A stretch of DNA of 64,000 bases from the human T2T-CHM13v2.0 reference genome, Homo sapiens, in the NCBI RefSeq assembly GCF_009914755.1, contig NC_060929.1; one strand, 5' to 3'. Below the pieces are notes generated by a model, which saw only the letters and a program-made list of their open reading frames with translations, ran no database searches and was not told where the DNA came from. Positions 57,830 through 64,000 of the stretch are shown here, piece by piece. The position numbers and the translations under genes are program-made. Position 1 is the first letter of the stretch, and each line of letters starts with the position of its first letter.

Positions 57830-59255
57830 TGGGGTTTTCAAGCATAACAAAAGATAAAGAAGAAAACAAAAATCCTTCATAATTAATCTACCTAGGGCAA
57901 CCACTATTAACATTTTGGCATATATTTTTTTCCCAGTCTTTTTCACATTTTTTGAGGTTGGGATCCTTCTTAAAAAATTTTGTATCTTGTTTTGCTTTAT
58001 TCTGTTTGTGTAAAATTTGTCAGATGTATTTTAACATTTCATTGAAAATCCTTCTGACATATAATTTATAACAACTGCATAATGGTCTATCTTTTAGTTG
58101 CTCCAGAATTTCTTTAAACAGTCTCCTGGTGTTGTTTTCATTTCTAACCACATATTTGTATACAAATCTTTGTCTACATTTTTGCCTTTTTCTTCAGATG
58201 ATTTTCTAAATGGGGAATTAGGGGTCAAAGGATATGAGCATTTTTTGCAAATTTCTTCCTTTTGAAAGACAATTTTGTTTTCTATGGCAATATAAACTCT
58301 GCAAAAACAAACAAACCCTGACATTTAAAGAAGAAAACAAAATCACCACTATTTGTCTCTGCATACACACAATTCCTTCTTTCTTTTCTTCCTTCCATCA
58401 TTCCTTCCTTTCCTTCTTTCTAAAAAATCAGGGATCATATTATAAAAAATTATTTCATAATTTGCTTTTTCCACCTAGCAACATACTGAAGACACAATGG
58501 ACATAATATTTTTAGGGCTCTTGATATAGGTCAAATTGATACACAGGAAGGCCACACCAATGCCGACTGTCATCAGTAGGATCTGAAGTATGCATTAACA
58601 CAGGGCAACCACCATTAACATTTTGGCATGTTTTTTCTAGCCATTTTTACATTTTTTGAGGTTGGGATCACTCTACTATTGCCATCACCAAATATTGACT
58701 CTATTATAATCTTCGCTATTTAGTGGTAACTTATTATAGCTTTACTTTGTATTTATTTGTGCATTTGTGAAGTTAAATCCTTTTTTCACTTTGGACCCTT
58801 GAGTTCCCTCTTTTCTAATTGGTCTTCTCCCTTTGCCTATTTATTGCTGTCTTGTTTGCATATTGATTTGAATGAGCTCTTTATATAATAAACAGTTTAT
58901 ACCTTTTTCATTATTGTGACAAATGTTTTTGTTTCTTATCTCTTTTATTTTGAAATCCAATTTAAAATATTATTCAAATTTATTTTCTTTCTCTATATCA
59001 TTTTTCTCTTGTTTCTAAATGTAGACAATCCTTCCTCCATACAGAGAATAGCTAAATATTTGCCTTTTGTTTTCCCTTTATGATTTTTATTTCAAAGATT
59101 TTTATTTTAATCTACCTGGAATAGATAGCAGAACATAGCAGTAGATTAAAATCTACATTGAACTCTATTTTCAAATGTTCAATATTTCCTGCTAAATTAT
59201 TATACTCTTTTATCAGATATAAAGTCTTATATATACAGAGGTCTATTTCTGAATT
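57830..59255 (-). mobile_element. L1ME-family fragments
   Basis: aaccactattaacattttggcatat, ggtcaaaggatatgagcattt, tgagctctttatataat. Confidence 0.65.
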
Positions 59256-62200
59256 GTGCCTTTCCTTCTAGACTGTAAGCTCCATGCAGGTAGGCAAATT
59301 TATTGTAATCACCTCATGCTTATCATATACTATTCTCTGTTCAGCCTAAAGCAACCGAAGGGAGAAAATAAGAATTGAAAAATCCTGTAGGGAAATGAAA
59401 AGTAGCCCATACTAAACTTGGAAAAATTTATTCTTCCTTCCCTAAAATGCTACAGGTGTGAATAAAATCTTATAAACCACGTTGGAAAGACACAGAAGAT
59501 AGACAGAAATGTCAAGTCTATGACATGCAATTGTATATAGAAAAAAAGAAGTCCATTTGAAATCTGATTGAATTTTAAGTACGTGGTACTTTCCTAATGA
59601 ATAACCATGGCCCTTAAATTTTATCTTAAATGCTTAATCATAGGATTTTAATTCTCCTTATTATGGTTTAAAAAGAAAATGCAAATGTTACACTTACCAG
59701 CCATGCAAATAGTTGGGAGAATATATTTAAGGTCACATTTCTCTAGAAAGAGAGGCTGCTTGATTCACTTAGGTTTCCCAAGTAAAAGTTCAAAAGCACT
59801 ACTTGCTTAAAGGTTTTGACTTCTCAAATCATAAAGCAATAAAGCAATTTTGGGTTTTAATTCTCTGAGTGTCTCCCCCTTTTAATCAAACATTACAGAG
59901 GCTACAATAATATTGGTAGAATATTTAGAGATAGGTCAGAGGTCTGTGAAGAAATAAACTGCTTCATTTCCAAGGTACTTCTAAGATGAAGACACCTGCT
60001 TCGAGGACGTGGAGATGGGTTGGGGGGCAGGAATTTGTCCCAGGAAAAGTACAGTCACAAGCTACCAGGTTTGCTTAAAGAGATTATGTCAGAACTGTGC
60101 TGGAAGACAATATGTGAAAAAAGAAAATAAAAAGTGCTTAAGCCTAGGTTACAATATCATTTGGGGTTAACACATTCTGCTAATTCACAGTTCATTCTTG
60201 CTTATAATCACAGAGTTAGTAGATTTCTTCTGAAATCACAACCAGCCATGATAAGACAGTACAGCTAATGCCTTACTCTGATGTTATTAAAACCTCTAAT
60301 TCATAGTTTGGATTACGTAGCCATGCCGTGTGCAGCAGTGTTAATGCAGAGTGGGAAAAATTTGGACCCAAATTTCCTGCACCATGAAAATTCAAAACAA
60401 GAACAACATTGCCGTCAATCAAATCGGCAAAGCCATTCTGATTCAAAGACCAGATTTCCTGATTAAAAATTTGCAATCAGATCAGGTCTTGGAGGATGCA
60501 AAGCTACGTGGGGCAAGCATTATTAAACATTTCAAAGTTCCAGTATAACCACTCAGGGTTTTCCACTGTGGCTTCTGGCTTCAGTCACCTTTGAAGTGTT
60601 TGAAGCTGTGAGTCTCAGTTGCTTATTATTGGGACACATTTGTCTTCATTGAACAGTAAAGTACAAAGCTTCTAAAAATATGCATCTGAATGACACTGCA
60701 GGTACATGACTGCATGTACTAACTCTCTCCCCAAATTCCCACTGGGTCTATGTACAAGTATATTTATAATATGAATAAAAGATACTGTAAAAGATCATCT
60801 AGTTCTAAACACATACTTGAAGCAATACCTTTTTGAAAATCACCCCAGGAAAAAATGTGGCTATCCCTGTTTAAAACTTTGACCCCCTAGCAGCAATGAC
60901 AGAAAACACCAAATAATTCTTTATGCAAAATATGTTGGGTTTGTTTTGTTTTGTTTGCAAAAAGCAATTTTTTCTTTTATAACCACAACTGCTTCAACTG
61001 AGTTTTCCTTGGGCACCAGACTTAAAGGTGATCTGCTAGTGATGGAAGCATGTCAGTGTATGTTCCCAGTAATAAAAATCTTCCTGGTATCTAACTTAAA
61101 TCTCCTTTATTCCTGCAAGGTAAGTTCATTCACCACTTCCCTGAGGCTATTCTGTGTCCAGAGATGGCAGTGCTGCTGGAGATGAGAATACGGTCTAGCT
61201 TTATCTTTAGAGCATCTTTAAAATATAGATTACAAGAGAGAGGCTGACTACAAAGTGCTGCAGTGTGATATTTAGAGAGCACCCTGCTCTGCAGACCGAA
61301 GCCTGCCACTGTATTAATTCATCTCACACCATTTTCTGTTCTCATTATAATTTTATCTTAGGAATTAATACATTCTGCCATTTTCTATTCTGGCTACAAT
61401 CTAGAGAAATCCGTGAGGCTGAATACATTTTGTACCACTTTGTTCTGCTTATAATGTTAAGATGTTTTCAAGAATGGATTAGTTCAATGCCACTTTCCCT
61501 ACTTTATCTTGAGAATGAGAACTTAAAGAGTTAGAAAACTTCATCTAGTAAAAAGATTGTATAAAGAAGAGAAAATAGGCAAATAGTTTTATTTGCCTTT
61601 GTTTTAAGATGCTTTGACCTCCCATAAATTTTAAAGAGACTGCACAAAGGGCATATGTGAGTAGTGTTAGACATGTAACAAAGGTCTTTAGAAAGAAAGA
61701 GAAGTTTTCCTCATGAGTCACTCTCCCAATCAAAGCAAATGGAAATCCTTCCATCAAAATTACATTAAAAAAACTAACAATTGAAAAGATACAGAAATTC
61801 TAACAAGGATTAAGATTTAGCATAAAATGTAAAAATATCTTCTCAATACAACGATTACCAAAATGGCCAAGTCATTTTGAAGACTCATGGAATAACCAAG
61901 TTCCTTTGGTCACCAAAATCAAACTGGTGAAAGTGATTTTTTACATGGGATTAGGGATGGTGGCACACAAAATCGTGGAAAAACTACACAGTTAGGGTAA
62001 TGTGACAATTTTGCCTTGTTAACTTATGGGACAAGTTCTTATTTTGACAGAAAGACAAAGTTTAGTGATGCTGTGTTTCATATACAAGATGAAACTAATG
62101 ATTTGCCAGGAGGAGGTTTGCATATTGAATATCATCTTGAGCCATTTTCCATTCTTTACCTGCTGCTTCTCCCTCCCAAATGCTCTAGAGGCTTCCATAG

Positions 62201-62559
62201 CTTCTCATCTGCTTCCTTCTTTTGTTCAACAGTACACCTTTGTGACATTAGTTGGGGGTATGTGCCATGCTTGGGAAACAAAGTACAGTTAATTGGCTTC
62301 AGTATCTCCAGTTCAATTACTTTATTCAGCCACAGACATGACCCAGGTAAAGCCCTTACCTCCACCTATCTAGTTAGTTTCCTCTCCCATTGCCCTTGGT
62401 GGTTATTGCCGATTTTGACCTTTTAAGAACAGTCTTCATTTCCAGTTTCTCCCTTATTCTCTGCAGAAAATCATAACTTCTCTTTGCAGAAAACAAAAAC
62501 AAAAACAAACAAACAAAAAAAACATTGTAGTACTCTCCCTCTTCTATCCTCTCCCAGAA

Positions 62560-63655
62560 ATGTATGTAAATCGATTCCTACATTTGTTTCCCTCGCACCA
62601 ACCCAGGCATTGGGGTAGGCATTCCTTCTTGCCTCTGGAGGTCCTCCATTCATCTGGTCACAGGTTCACCACCTCCAGGACCTTGCTCCCTTGGTCCCTG
62701 ACTCTCTTTCCTGTACATTTGATCTCCCCTCCTGATACACAGGCTGGACCCCTTACAATAAATATAATCAATCTCAGGCCTCTCAATTCTCTAAAACATA
62801 AGAAATGGGATTTTTAACCTCAAATACCATTCCAATTACCTCCCTTTTTCTTAATTCCCTTCACAGCCAAATTTTCTTTCCTCCCACTAATTTCCAACAC
62901 TTTGCAGTGTGGCTTCTGCTCCAAGATGCCACAACACTGCTTTCCTGACCCTAGGGTCACAAGTGGCCTCAGTGTTGACATACCTACTGAACACATTCAC
63001 ATGCTTATCTTACTTCTCAGTAGTATTTACACTGTAGGCCACTTCTTCCTGCTTAAAACAGTTTTTTTGTTTTTTTGTTTGTTTGTTTTGAGACAGAGTC
63101 TCACTCTATCGCCCAGGCTGGAGTGCAGTGGTACTATCTTGGCTCACTGCGACCTCTGCCTCCTGGGTTCAAGCAATTCTCGCCTCAGCCTCCCAAGTAG
63201 CTGGGATTACAGGCACACACCACCATGTCCAGCTAATTGTATTTTTAGTAGAGATGAGGTTTCACCATGTTGGCCAGGTTGGTCTTGAACTCCTGACCTC
63301 AAGTGATCCACCCGCTTCGGCCTCCCAAAATGCTGGGATAACAGCTGTGAGCCACCCCACCTGGTCTGAAACTGTTTATTTTGATTTAGAGACACTACCC
63401 TCTTTTAATACTTTGCCCTCCTGGTGGCTGTTCCTTCTCTTCATTCATCCTTTTGCTCTCCCTTGAAATGCTGCTGTGCCCCAGGGATCCACTATCAGCC
63501 ATCTGATCTTCCTATGTTCTTCATGGATAAGTTTGCCCAAACATATGGCTTCTTTATCTCTCATAACTTTATACCTTCCAAATCCAAGCTTTCCTTCCAA
63601 CCTTGCCTGCTGAGTTCCTGAATTATTCCCTTCTATGTATCTGTTTTGAGTATCT
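62560..63655 (+). mobile_element. L2 fragment interrupted by an Alu
   Basis: ccttcacagccaaa, actttgcagtgtggcttctgc, agggtcacaagtggcctc. Confidence 0.6.
63062..63366 (-). mobile_element. AluSx/Sz-like with (TTTG)n tail
   Basis: Full dimer. Confidence 0.93.
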
Positions 63656-63658
63656 TGG

Positions 63659-64000
63659 TGTGATTGTTAATTTTGTATGTCAACTTGGACTGGGCTAAGG
63701 GATGCTCAGATAGCTGGTAGAACATTGTTTCTGGGTGTGCCTGTAAAGGTGTTTCTGGAAGAGACTAACATTTGGCTCAGTAGCCTAAGTAAAGAAGATT
63801 CCCCCTCACCAATGTGGGTAGGCATCATCCAGTCCACTGAGTAACATCCACCATCTCCTATCCTTGGACATCAGAGCTGGTTCTCAGGCCTTAAGACTCT
63901 AAAACTTACAACTGTGTTCTCTCTCCCTCTTGGTTCTCAGGTCTTCAGACTCAGACTGAATTACACCACCACCTTTCCTGATTCTCCAGCCTGCAGACGG
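63659..64000 (+). mobile_element. MLT2 (B/C-like) ERVL LTR, runs off window end
   Basis: tgtgattgttaattttgtatgtcaacttggactgggctaagggatg. Confidence 0.88.

Overview
This is primate (human-like) non-coding genomic DNA, not prokaryotic. It is AT-rich, CpG-depleted and roughly half interspersed repeats. I cannot support any intact host protein-coding gene, tRNA, rRNA or CRISPR array. The longer ORFs I can assign to a protein family are decayed transposon proteins: a Tigger4 transposase, L1 ORF2, and HERV-L gag/pro/pol/dUTPase. Main landmarks are a Tigger4 (1-1939), a THE1B provirus with TSD (8553-10604), a three-level nest ERVL > internally deleted L1MA > L1PA (23860-30915), and a HERV-L provirus fused to a MER61-type ERV1 by an apparent deletion (45263-53369). 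There are also six Alus, all on the minus strand, and many old MIR/L2/L1M/MaLR fragments. Repeat-free stretches near 15.2-15.6, 20.3-21.9, 42.8-43.9, 57.4 and 60.3-60.5 kb carry regulatory or exon-like signals. The best candidate for something undescribed is a ~195-nt CpG-retaining element at 60313-60511 that can fold into a closing stem plus three hairpins. I found no convincing new biological system. Subfamily names come from recalled consensus sequences and need RepeatMasker/Dfam confirmation; boundaries of old repeats are approximate.
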